A stretch of DNA of 64,000 bases from Fidelibacterota bacterium (GTDB lineage Bacteria > Fidelibacterota > Marinisomatia > Marinisomatales > TCS55): NCBI GenBank assembly GCA_965249165.1, contig OZ252221.1, forward strand, positions 945,347 to 1,009,346, in the 5' to 3' direction. Each line of letters begins with the position of its first letter. Within the stretch, counting starts at the first letter, position 1. The translations under genes were made by a program, and so were the position numbers. Shown here one piece after another: positions 22,189-31,701 of this stretch. Under the pieces are notes generated by a model. That model was not told the DNA's origin and searched no databases. It worked only from the letters and a program-made list of their open reading frames with translations.

Positions 22189-22632
22189 ATGGACGTTATT
22201 TTACTCCAAGATGTGACACCATTAGGGACAGCCGGTGACATAGTGAATGTTAAACCCGGATATGCCCGCAACTATCTATTTCCCCGCAGGTTGGCTTTGC
22301 GGGCATCGAAACGTAATTTAACCATCGCTGAAGAACAGAAGCGTAATGCTGAAAAACGTCATGCCCATGATAATAAAATGAGTACCAAGCTCGCTGAAGA
22401 ATTAAAAGATATGGAATTAACCTTTGAAGTGCAGGTAGGGGATGAAGAAAAAATGTTTGGGGCGGTGACCACCAAAGATATTCATAAAAAACTGGCGGAT
22501 AAAGAAATTGCTATAGAACGTTACCGCATTGTGTTAAATGAGCCAATCAAAGCGTTGGGCATCTACCATGTCCCGGTACGTATATCCTCAGACTTACAGC
22601 CGGAACTAAAAGTATACGTTATCAAAGCATGA
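22189..22632 (+). CDS. rplI: 50S ribosomal protein L9
   Basis: MDVILLQDV..LG.AGDIVNVKPGYARNYLFPRRLA; 147 aa; completes the rpsF-rpsR-rplI operon, with no ssb/priB between S6 and S18. Confidence 0.95.
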   Translation: MDVILLQDVTPLGTAGDIVNVKPGYARNYLFPRRLALRASKRNLTIAEEQKRNAEKRHAHDNKMSTKLAEELKDMELTFEVQVGDEEKMFGAVTTKDIHKKLADKEIAIERYRIVLNEPIKALGIYHVPVRISSDLQPELKVYVIKA

Positions 22633-22726
22633 TTAAATCCATTCCAATCATAACTCTATAATTATTTTACAGGGGTTATTATTTTAAAAGAACTCTTGCT
22701 GTACATAAGTACAGCCGCTATTTTCA

Positions 22727-24961
22727 GTGATCATGTTTGCGAAAGTTGCCTTTCCTATATCAAGCTATAAGCAGTTTATCTATTCAATCCCTACAGCATT
22801 GCAAAATAACGTTTCAGTTGGTGTACGAGTAAAAGCACCGTTTGGAAAACGCGTAGCTACCGGTATCATTGTATCCATGTCTGATACGGTCGAGTATTCT
22901 GGCCAGCTACGGGCAATTCAAGCTCTAGTAGATGACCAACCTGTTTTCGATGAACCATTATGGCAATTAGCATTATGGATGAGTGAATATTATTTTACAC
23001 CTATAGGTCAAGTTGTAAAGACCATATTACCCTCCAAACTGAACACAAAATACACTCCACCTCGACAACAAATAGTTGCGTTTAAAACATATGGGAATGA
23101 TAAAGAAAAATTAGCAACTCGGGCACCAAATCAACTGAAGGTGTTGGAATATCTCCACCGGCAAGATGATGCAGTATCTGTTGGCAGTTTACGCGCTATT
23201 GTCAGCAATCCGCACCAAGTTTGCAAAATTTTAGTGGGTAAAGATCTGATTGAAGTTGATACAGTAACCCACCTACCGGACACCACCGGGTTTACTTTTG
23301 CCCCTATTCACAAGGAAATTAATTTTACCAATGAACAAAAAACGGCCAATCAAAAGTTAATTTCCGCATTAACACAAAACACTTTTAATTCATTTATGCT
23401 TCATGGAGTTACTGGTAGCGGTAAAACAGAACTCTACATTGAATTGGTTAGGAATGCACTTGCTCTTGAACAAACCGCGATTGTTTTACTTCCGGAAATT
23501 TCTTTGACGCCCCAGATTGCAGGCCGTTTTCGGGCTGTGTTTGGCGATCGTGTAGCACTGTGGCATTCCAAGTTATCTAGTTCGGTCAGAGCCTGGACTT
23601 GGAAGCAAATCTGCGCCGGTGAATTTTACGTAGTGATCGGCGCTCGCAGTGCAATTTTCGCACCATTGCGGAACTTGGGTGCAGTTATTGTGGATGAAGA
23701 GCAAGAGCATTCCTACAAACAGGAATCACCGGCCCCCAGATATCATACCCGAGATGTAGCCTTAATGCGGGGAAAACTCCATCGTGCTGTAGTCGTGATG
23801 GCCAGCGCGACTCCAAGCTTAGAAAGCTATTATAATCAAATAAAAGAAAAACATACGTATTTGTACTTATCTGAACGATATGGTGGTATTCCTTATCCTC
23901 AGGTACATATTGTGGATATGATCAAGGAACAAGAAGAAACGGGAAAATATCAACATATTATCTCCGGTCTGTTGCAACATAAGATTGAGGATCGGCTGTC
24001 TAAAGGAGAACAAGTCATTATTTTGCAGAACCGCCGTGGTTTTTCACCCATAGTCCGCTGTGGGGACTGTGGCACGGTGGAAACATGTAATGATTGTGCG
24101 ATACCGTTAACGTATCATAGTTTTCAACGATTATTGAAATGTCACTTTTGTGGATTTGAGACAGCAAATGTTTTGACTACCTGTAACAATTGCAATAGCA
24201 TCAATATTAAACTATTGGGTATAGGTACGCAAAGAGTGGAAGATATAATTAAAAATACGTTCCAAGATGCCAGCATTACCCGAATCGACATTGATACATC
24301 GAGCCGTGGGGATGTTTTAGCAAAAACATTAGAGGATTTTGCTGCCGGGAAAATTCAAATTCTTATCGGAACGCAAATGATTGCCAAGGGTCTGGATTTT
24401 GACAAAACAACCTTGGTGGGTATCATTAACGGGGATACGGGTTTATTTCTCCCCGATTTCCGGTCCGGAGAAAAAGTATTTCAACTGCTATATCAAGCGG
24501 CCGGAAGATCGGGGAGGCGGACGCCCGGAGAAGTGGTTATTCAAACATATAACAGCGCCGACCCGGTATTAAAAAATGCCGCTAGACTTGATCTGAAAAC
24601 GTATTATAACATTGCCTTAAGCGAACGCCAAGAATTGTTGTATCCCCCCTTTTCCTGGCTCATACGGATAGAGTTGGAAGCTAATAAAAAAGATCGGATT
24701 ATAGCTGTTGCAAAACAAATCAGAACTAAACTCACCGCCCCATTTAAGGGTTTGACTATATTGGGGCCGGCTAATTGCTATCGGGAACGATTACGGGGCA
24801 AATATCGTATGCATATCATGTTAAAATCCGATAAAACACGGGATCGTAACGGCACAAAGCTACACCGGTACTTAAAACAGCAAATTGATGATGGCTTACT
24901 ACAGAAAATCCCCAGTGCTGTACACGTCAATATTGACGTCAATCCCGTATCGGTCTTATGA
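22727..24961 (+). CDS. priA: Primosomal protein N' (replication restart helicase PriA)
   Basis: Walker A HGVTGSGKTE, DEEQE box, Cys-rich zinc insertion (CGDCG...CNDC...CHFCG...CNNC), IGTQMIAKGLDF; 744 aa; GTG or ATG start within 22727-22733. Confidence 0.93.
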   Translation: MIMFAKVAFPISSYKQFIYSIPTALQNNVSVGVRVKAPFGKRVATGIIVSMSDTVEYSGQLRAIQALVDDQPVFDEPLWQLALWMSEYYFTPIGQVVKTILPSKLNTKYTPPRQQIVAFKTYGNDKEKLATRAPNQLKVLEYLHRQDDAVSVGSLRAIVSNPHQVCKILVGKDLIEVDTVTHLPDTTGFTFAPIHKEINFTNEQKTANQKLISALTQNTFNSFMLHGVTGSGKTELYIELVRNALALEQTAIVLLPEISLTPQIAGRFRAVFGDRVALWHSKLSSSVRAWTWKQICAGEFYVVIGARSAIFAPLRNLGAVIVDEEQEHSYKQESPAPRYHTRDVALMRGKLHRAVVVMASATPSLESYYNQIKEKHTYLYLSERYGGIPYPQVHIVDMIKEQEETGKYQHIISGLLQHKIEDRLSKGEQVIILQNRRGFSPIVRCGDCGTVETCNDCAIPLTYHSFQRLLKCHFCGFETANVLTTCNNCNSINIKLLGIGTQRVEDIIKNTFQDASITRIDIDTSSRGDVLAKTLEDFAAGKIQILIGTQMIAKGLDFDKTTLVGIINGDTGLFLPDFRSGEKVFQLLYQAAGRSGRRTPGEVVIQTYNSADPVLKNAARLDLKTYYNIALSERQELLYPPFSWLIRIELEANKKDRIIAVAKQIRTKLTAPFKGLTILGPANCYRERLRGKYRMHIMLKSDKTRDRNGTKLHRYLKQQIDDGLLQKIPSAVHVNIDVNPVSVL

Positions 24962-25857
24962 AGATCAACCATACCATTTTGTTGATCAGTCTCCTGAGCG
25001 GCAGTACGACCTATTCTGGATTACAGCATTGGTACTCCCCGCACCAGATCGCGGTCACCGGGGCCGGCGGGGCGGTATCGACTATTACCGCAGATGTCCT
25101 CAACCCCGCGGGTTTATGGAATCAGCCGAGACAATTAAGTGTTAGTTCTATCACCTATCCTGCTGATATTGCTGCCCAATCTCTGCACTTGGTTTTACCC
25201 GGAGTAAATGTTGTTAGAGCTTACAGTATCAGATATCTAAACTACGGTTTATTTGATGGGCGCGATGAATTAAATCAGGAAACAGATCAGTATATCGCCG
25301 CGGATACTTGGCTAAATTGGGCCGCGGCCGGGCAATCCCGGAAATGGCCGCTGTCATGGGGCCTAAGCAGCGGATTGTTCTATAGTGCCCTTGATGATAA
25401 GCAATCCATTTTACTTACATTTTCCTGCGGGTTGATAATGACATCTTCAGTACTGGATACAAAATTAGGTTTAAGTTTGGTCCATGCCGGTGTAGTACTT
25501 GAATCATATACTGGTTATAAAGAATCGTTGCCCACAGTTATTGTAGCTTCATTTGCGAAGGAGATGGCGTACCTGCCGTTGACTATCGCTGTGGATATTG
25601 AAAAACCATTAGAACAAAATAGAGTCACTACGCGCTTTGGGGGTATATTCACTTTGCCCCATAACTGGCAGATTAAGTTAGGGACCACTTCCAACAAGAT
25701 TGCCCAATCCATTAGTGAAAATGTCGCCAAAAATATTTTTATCGATACCGGTGCCGGAATCTCCTGGGCCTATGCCCGGTATAGTTTTGAATATAGTTTA
25801 TATCTCTATGGACCGGGAGGTTGGATATCGGGCGTAGCGATCAGTATCCGTTTTTAA
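24958..25857 (+). CDS. Putative outer-membrane beta-barrel protein (PorQ/PorV-like features)
   Basis: Signal-like N-terminus, GAGGAVST...NPAGL motif near the N-terminus, alternating strand pattern, C-terminal ...ISIRF. ATGA overlap with the priA stop. Family assignment is tentative. Confidence 0.5.
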   Translation: MKINHTILLISLLSGSTTYSGLQHWYSPHQIAVTGAGGAVSTITADVLNPAGLWNQPRQLSVSSITYPADIAAQSLHLVLPGVNVVRAYSIRYLNYGLFDGRDELNQETDQYIAADTWLNWAAAGQSRKWPLSWGLSSGLFYSALDDKQSILLTFSCGLIMTSSVLDTKLGLSLVHAGVVLESYTGYKESLPTVIVASFAKEMAYLPLTIAVDIEKPLEQNRVTTRFGGIFTLPHNWQIKLGTTSNKIAQSISENVAKNIFIDTGAGISWAYARYSFEYSLYLYGPGGWISGVAISIRF

Positions 25858-25860
25858 GAC

Positions 25861-28623
25861 GTGTATAGGATTTTTTGGTTCATATCATTCATTTTATTTT
25901 TTCCGTTATTTGCCCAAGAACTTGATATCAGTTACGACCTGGATTTATATTTCCATCCAATGATTGACCAGACCCCGGGCTACATCTCAGGGGTCAATCG
26001 AGTACGCATTGTAAATCAAACTAATACACTATTAACTGAGCTCTATTTTCTCAACCCCAGCAATCATTATTCTAAAACCGGAGACTCAGACTCGCCGACA
26101 TCTACAATCGATATAATCCGTGCTTCACATTTGGGCAGCGTTGCCGGTAACGATAGCAGTGTTCTAAATATAAAAGTAAATCCGCCCCTAGGCCCCGGTG
26201 AAACCGTGTTAGTAGATATCGCTTTTAAAACAAATTTTAGCCGCTGGCGGCACAGTGCCGTTCCTACGCAGGGTAAAGATGGCGATGTAGTTGTTTATAA
26301 CGGAATTTATTTTTTCCCCATACTACAATATTATTTTCCAGATGGCTGGCATCCGGATAAATATCGCGAGCATAAAAATCAGGTAACCAATTTGGCAACG
26401 TTTACCGCAACTATGACCATTCCGGAAGAATATTTAATGGGATCTTCCGCTACAGTAATTAATAAAAAAAATCTTGCCACTGGACATGACCAGTATGAAT
26501 TGACAGACCAATATTCACCGGGTTTCAGCATCGTTGTATCCAAACATTTGCGATCAACCCTGGCTTCAGTTTCCGGTGTTTCCCTAGAAGTTTTATATCC
26601 CCCGCATGAACAACCGCAGATCCCAAAGGTTTTCCATAGGTTGGAGCAATTAATCCCCTATTACAAAGAACACTTTGGTGCTCAACCGTTCGATAAACTT
26701 TTAATTAGTGTTGGATATTCGATTAATGCCCGTGCCATTTCTTTACCCAATCATATTATTTTTCAAGACCAGTTGGATTACAGTCAACTTTTGGACCATG
26801 AACTTGCGCACCAGTGGTTTGGTCATTCCCTGTTGTCGGGGTACGAAAATGAGCTATGGTTATGTGAATCACTGGCAGAATATGTTTCATGGTCTTTTAA
26901 CGCTGCGCAAAATGAGAAATCCAATGCATTTACTTTTACTGCACCATTACCTGATGTTAATATTTTGGATGACATTAAAGCAATGGACTCAGGTGACTGG
27001 GTGGAGCTCTTTCGAGAAATTGTGGGTGATAATAGTTTGCCACCGATGTACGAACCGGGAAAACAATTACGCTGGGAAGAGGCAGAAAGTGTTTACAGTA
27101 AATATATAGCAGGCAACTACGCATTGCAAACCCTGCAGGCTTCCATAGGAGATGCTGACATAAGCAGGATCTTAACTAATTATCGATTATTGCACAGTGG
27201 CTCCATTGCAAATTTGGAAGATCTAATCAGGGAGGTTGAAAATAATACTTCAACTGCAATAGCTAATAATTTTAGATTGGCTATTACAACCAGTCTTCGC
27301 CCGGATCTTAAAATAAATAAGATTGAATCTGTATATACCAAAAATCACACCTGGGAAAATCATATTCATACTTCATCTATTAGTAAATGGAGTGTGCCGG
27401 TGGACATGCTTACCGTTACTGAAAGCGGAGATACAACATTTTTGGAGCGGGTGTCATGGAATGATGAAACAACAATCACCTTGATAACAAAATCTCCAAT
27501 AATCCTAGCCGAACTGGATCCCCATAAACGTATGTTTGATGCAAATCGTTTTAATAATCGATGGCCGCGGCAAATTGGATTCCAACTGCGATATGGTTTA
27601 CCCACTTGGGAGACCTATCGATTAAGATATTATCCGCGGCTGCGTAAAGATTGGCAAGGTCATTGGCGTACCGGTGTGAAAATTTCCGGTGGAATCGGTA
27701 TCAATCTGATGCCCATTATGCCGGTATTTTACCAGAATTTATTTGACCTGGAATTGACTTTTTCCTATGGGTTACCATCCAAAAATTGGGGATTGGTGTT
27801 GAATTATAAAACGCCATTAAAATCTACGAATAATTTGTATTGGTCTTTTGCAGTCGGTTATGAATATCCCAAAAATTGGGGACAAATTGCTTTAGTTAAT
27901 TATTTTGGCGATACTGCCTATTTATCTGTCCATGGCAAGTCTTATTATTCCCGTTTAACATCCACATTGTCCATGACGGAGTACCTGGCAGCTAATCCCA
28001 ACGATTGGTGGAATGAGGGAAAAAGTTTAAAATTAAAAGAAGAGTGGCGCCTGTTTTATTATTCGGCAATGCAACGGTATTTTATTGAGATTCATGCCTT
28101 GGGAGGTTTTAAGGAGGATGCGCAATTTTTCAGTTTTGGTTTTGCTAGTGATTATGAATCCCATGCCTATTCTAACTTTATCCTGCGCGGGCATGCTGAA
28201 GGTGGTGTTGTTTGGGACCAGCGGGCCGGCAATGAATTGGTTTATAGATTGTTGTTTGTGCCGAAAATATGGCAGCACCGACAGGGAAGAATTCCACACT
28301 TCAGAGGTGTCGCCAATATAGAACAGGATTGGGTTAACAATATATTAAGTGGCGGGTTCAGTTTGGGCTATGAAACATCATATTTTGTCCGGTCGATGGT
28401 TTATATTGACATTGCTAAAATAAGCAATGCATCCGGTAGTTTTGGACAGCGCATTGACCAGTTAATAAATGATAAAGATCTGTATATTGCCGCTGGCATT
28501 GGTTTGGAAATGCAAACTATGATGGAAATTGGTCTTTATTTTCCTTTTTGGATATCCCATCCCGTATCTTACAGTCAGCACTTTGCTCCACGGGTATTAA
28601 TGCAATGGGGTTTTTATTTTTAA
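25861..28623 (+). CDS. Secreted M1-type (gluzincin) metallopeptidase-like domain fused to a C-terminal beta-barrel-like region
   Basis: Signal peptide FISFILFFPLFAQE. HELAH at 26797-26811 followed by Glu exactly 18 residues later (HELAHQWFGHSLLSGYENELWLCESLAEY), which is the M1 HEXXH-x18-E signature. The C-terminal roughly 350 aa are rich in aromatic/Gly strand-like repeats and end ...MQWGFYF. Confidence 0.65.
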   Translation: MYRIFWFISFILFFPLFAQELDISYDLDLYFHPMIDQTPGYISGVNRVRIVNQTNTLLTELYFLNPSNHYSKTGDSDSPTSTIDIIRASHLGSVAGNDSSVLNIKVNPPLGPGETVLVDIAFKTNFSRWRHSAVPTQGKDGDVVVYNGIYFFPILQYYFPDGWHPDKYREHKNQVTNLATFTATMTIPEEYLMGSSATVINKKNLATGHDQYELTDQYSPGFSIVVSKHLRSTLASVSGVSLEVLYPPHEQPQIPKVFHRLEQLIPYYKEHFGAQPFDKLLISVGYSINARAISLPNHIIFQDQLDYSQLLDHELAHQWFGHSLLSGYENELWLCESLAEYVSWSFNAAQNEKSNAFTFTAPLPDVNILDDIKAMDSGDWVELFREIVGDNSLPPMYEPGKQLRWEEAESVYSKYIAGNYALQTLQASIGDADISRILTNYRLLHSGSIANLEDLIREVENNTSTAIANNFRLAITTSLRPDLKINKIESVYTKNHTWENHIHTSSISKWSVPVDMLTVTESGDTTFLERVSWNDETTITLITKSPIILAELDPHKRMFDANRFNNRWPRQIGFQLRYGLPTWETYRLRYYPRLRKDWQGHWRTGVKISGGIGINLMPIMPVFYQNLFDLELTFSYGLPSKNWGLVLNYKTPLKSTNNLYWSFAVGYEYPKNWGQIALVNYFGDTAYLSVHGKSYYSRLTSTLSMTEYLAANPNDWWNEGKSLKLKEEWRLFYYSAMQRYFIEIHALGGFKEDAQFFSFGFASDYESHAYSNFILRGHAEGGVVWDQRAGNELVYRLLFVPKIWQHRQGRIPHFRGVANIEQDWVNNILSGGFSLGYETSYFVRSMVYIDIAKISNASGSFGQRIDQLINDKDLYIAAGIGLEMQTMMEIGLYFPFWISHPVSYSQHFAPRVLMQWGFYF

Positions 28624-28694
28624 GAAAAAAGGGTAAAATCCCTTCGGCTACAAAACTTGGAAAATGATCTAATATTCTTTATACTCTGTAGCTT

Positions 28695-30068
28695 ATGAAA
28701 CAAAATATTTTACTATTAACAGTTTTAAGTATTTTTTCTTTCAGCTGTACAGATGATGAAGTGCCGACTACAGATGATGAAGAGCCAACTGCTGTAGGTC
28801 GTGAAACATGGCAAATAGTCCAAGAAGATATTTTTGCGAACAATTGTATAACCTGCCACACTGAAGGCACAACTTTTGCCAACCAATCCAACCTTATTTT
28901 AGAATCTGATGTTGCCTATGATCAACTGATCAATCATCCAGTAGATAATGCCGCTGCTCTAGAAGACGGATTAGAGCGACTTGGCACCGATGGTTTAAGC
29001 AGCTTGTACAAAAGCTATTTATGGGAGAAAATCAATGCCCCTGATAAAGAACACTTTTATTCCGATCACTCCAACTATGGTTCACTAATGCCCCTGGGTC
29101 TGCCGGTTTTAACTAATGGACAGTTAGAATTTATACGGCAGTGGATTGTAGCGGGTGCGCCGGAAATAGGAATTGTCGCTGATTCCTCTGTATTAGCTGA
29201 TACAACTCGATTTGATGAAGTAGACTTTGCACCGCTACCACTGCCGGAAACAGGAGTACAAATTCATTTAGGTCCTTTTGAAGTGCCGCCTAATTATGAA
29301 CGGGAATTTTTGCACTATGTTGAGCTGGATACAACAGGTGATCTGTATGTTAATAAAGTGGAAATTACAATGCGCCCCGGCAGTCATCATTTTGTCTTGT
29401 ATACATTTAGAAATAATCTGCCTAGCGGACTAGAACCGGATCCGGGAGTGTATCGTGATTTAAGAGACCTAAACGGCGACCCTATCTGGGGTAATCTTGC
29501 AGCGATGTTCTACCACGATTTTTTTACTGGTACCCAATGGCAGTATATAAATAGAACCTATAGTAATGGATTAGCGCTTAAAATTGATGCTGATCAGGGT
29601 TTCGACCTTAATTCACATTATGTCAATCGATCGGATGAAGTAATGATGGGTGAAGTCTATACAAATCTCCATTTTGTGGATTCAACGGAAGTGGATCGTG
29701 TCGCCAAGATATTAAACTTGAATAATGGTGTTTTTGAACTACCGCCCAATGCAATCACCACCTTGGAAAAAACATTTTATTTTGATGAACGCAGACATAT
29801 TATCCAGCTATTTTCTCATGCTCATGAACACAATATTGAATTTGCTGTGGAAATAGCCAGTGGCAGCCGCGGTGGTAATCTTGTATATATTTCTTATGAT
29901 TGGGAACATCCACCCATATTAGAATTGGATCCACATCTTACACTTGAGCCGAGCGAAGGCTTACGTCTGATCGCTACCTATGATAACTGGACAAATAAAA
30001 CGCTTACTTTTGGGTTGTTGAGCGAAGATGAAATGATGATTCTGTTCGGTTACTACTACACTGATTAA
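28695..30068 (+). CDS. Lipoprotein with an N-terminal CxxCH (cytochrome-c/PSCyt-like) motif and a His-rich copper-monooxygenase-like C-terminal region
   Basis: Lipobox-like LSIFSFSC. CITCH at 28845-28859 in the context FANNCITCHTEG...L.L. Later motifs GSHHFVLY and FSHAHEHN resemble His clusters of PHM/DBH-type Cu sites. Tentative. Confidence 0.5.
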   Translation: MKQNILLLTVLSIFSFSCTDDEVPTTDDEEPTAVGRETWQIVQEDIFANNCITCHTEGTTFANQSNLILESDVAYDQLINHPVDNAAALEDGLERLGTDGLSSLYKSYLWEKINAPDKEHFYSDHSNYGSLMPLGLPVLTNGQLEFIRQWIVAGAPEIGIVADSSVLADTTRFDEVDFAPLPLPETGVQIHLGPFEVPPNYEREFLHYVELDTTGDLYVNKVEITMRPGSHHFVLYTFRNNLPSGLEPDPGVYRDLRDLNGDPIWGNLAAMFYHDFFTGTQWQYINRTYSNGLALKIDADQGFDLNSHYVNRSDEVMMGEVYTNLHFVDSTEVDRVAKILNLNNGVFELPPNAITTLEKTFYFDERRHIIQLFSHAHEHNIEFAVEIASGSRGGNLVYISYDWEHPPILELDPHLTLEPSEGLRLIATYDNWTNKTLTFGLLSEDEMMILFGYYYTD

Positions 30069-30136
30069 CCATCATAGCTACACTACGTTTATTTTCCCGG
30101 CAAGGGCTTTTAATAGTTTTCCTTTTTTCATTTACT

Positions 30137-31297
30137 TTGAGCCAAAATCAATTTCCTGTAATTATGGTCCATGGTTTTATGGGTTGGGGTCCGGATGAAA
30201 TGGCTGGGTATAACTACTGGGGTGGAAAGCATGATATTAAACAACATCTTATAGATCAAGGATACGACGTATATCTGGCCTCTGTTGGTCCAGTTTCCTC
30301 GAATTGGGACCGGGCAGTTGAATTGTATTACCAGATTAAAGGTGGTCAGGTGGATTATGGTAAATTTCATTCAGAGAAGTATGGAATCATTCAAAAACCT
30401 CCGGCTAAAAACTACCTAGGACTATATCCTAAATGGGATGCAGATCACCCGGTCCATATCATTGGCCATAGCATGGGTGGACAAACAGCACGTTTGCTGC
30501 AGTATTTGCTAGTGAACGTGATTAGCAGCGACTCAATTGGAATGGTTCCGGAAGAAAGTGAATTATTGGGACATTCAAAAACAGGCTGGATACACTCCAT
30601 TACTACTCTTTCTACACCGCACGATGGCAGTACCCTCTCCGATCTGGTATCAAAAACATTACCCTTTCTACAGGATTTTATTGGGTTGACTGCTGTTGTA
30701 GGAACTAACTTTTTTGATTTTGATTTACAGCAGTGGGGATTCCGAAAAGTAACCGATGAAACGTGGGCGTCTTATTTTAGGCGGATGCGGAAACATCCGG
30801 CCTGGGGAACCCACAATATCTGTGCTTGGGATGTCAGTTTGGCCGGAGCCCAGGAATTAAATACATTGGCAACAGCGGATCCAGCTGTGTATTATTTTTC
30901 ATTTACGACTTATAATACCAATTTAGATACCGCTAGTGGATATCATGTCCCGGCGGCGCAATCGATGCGTTTGATATTACGTGCCAATGCCAAGGTAATG
31001 GGCCGTATACCAGCTTACTGGCCCGATGGGAAGAGTACAGATTCCACCTGGTATCAAAATGATGGCATCGTGAACACCGTTTCCCAAATTGCTCCCACTT
31101 CCGGTCTAAATGGACCCGACCCAATTGCCGATTATCGACCTGGAGAGTTGCTTATTCCAGGACAATGGTATCATATTCGATCCGTTAATTTGGATCATAA
31201 AATGTTACTAGGACATGGTTTGAATGATAAACAAATGAATACAATCTTCGCATTGTTTTCAGATCATTGCGAATTATTGCAGTCGCTGCCAGAATAA
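30137..31297 (+). CDS. Triacylglycerol lipase / esterase (alpha/beta hydrolase, Geobacillus/Staphylococcus-type family I lipase-like)
   Basis: PVIMVHGFMGWG...YWGG...ASVGPVSSNWDRAVELYYQIKGG.VDYG and nucleophile elbow IIGHSMGGQTARLL closely parallel family I.5/I.6 lipases. TTG start. No signal peptide is visible in the available ORF. Confidence 0.75.
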   Translation: MSQNQFPVIMVHGFMGWGPDEMAGYNYWGGKHDIKQHLIDQGYDVYLASVGPVSSNWDRAVELYYQIKGGQVDYGKFHSEKYGIIQKPPAKNYLGLYPKWDADHPVHIIGHSMGGQTARLLQYLLVNVISSDSIGMVPEESELLGHSKTGWIHSITTLSTPHDGSTLSDLVSKTLPFLQDFIGLTAVVGTNFFDFDLQQWGFRKVTDETWASYFRRMRKHPAWGTHNICAWDVSLAGAQELNTLATADPAVYYFSFTTYNTNLDTASGYHVPAAQSMRLILRANAKVMGRIPAYWPDGKSTDSTWYQNDGIVNTVSQIAPTSGLNGPDPIADYRPGELLIPGQWYHIRSVNLDHKMLLGHGLNDKQMNTIFALFSDHCELLQSLPE

Positions 31298-31325
31298 AAT
31301 TACTCTTTTGAATTGGGTATTATAA

Positions 31326-31655
31326 ATGCTTGATATAAATGATTTTAAAAAAATAGAATTACGTGTGGGTACTATTTTGGAGGTTAATGACTTCCCGGAA
31401 GCGCAGTCCCCGGCGTATAAATTAAAAATTGATTTTGGCGGTTTCGGGATTAGACAATCTAGCGCGAAAATAACAGAACATTATCAACCGCAAGATCTTA
31501 TCAACCGCCAAATAGTAGCAGGTGTGAATTTTCCGGTGAAAAAGATTGCTAATTTCAACTCCGAAGTATTGGTTCTTGGTGTCGATGGAAACGAAAGAGG
31601 TATTATTCTACTAGATGTGGACCGACCCATTCAAAATGGTACTAAAATAAGTTAG
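31326..31655 (+). CDS. csaA: tRNA-binding (EMAP/CsaA-type OB-fold) protein
   Basis: 109 aa; F.KIELRVGTILEVNDFPEA..PAYKLKIDFG...SSAKIT is the CsaA/MetG-C-terminal-like tRNA-binding domain. Confidence 0.85.
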   Translation: MLDINDFKKIELRVGTILEVNDFPEAQSPAYKLKIDFGGFGIRQSSAKITEHYQPQDLINRQIVAGVNFPVKKIANFNSEVLVLGVDGNERGIILLDVDRPIQNGTKIS

Positions 31656-31665
31656 GTTTGAACAC

Positions 31666-31701
31666 TTGACAGGTAAAGCTATTATTTGTAATATACAAAT
31701 A
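31666..31701 (+). promoter_or_regulatory. Sigma-70-like promoter (TTGACA-17-TAATAT) with overlapping 8-3-8 palindrome, directly abutting the marR-family ATG
   Basis: TTGACA at 31666-31671, a 17-nt spacer, TAATAT at 31689-31694. Palindrome TATTTGTA-ATA-TACAAATA at 31683-31701. The ATG at 31701 lies only 6 nt after the -10 box. Confidence 0.45.
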
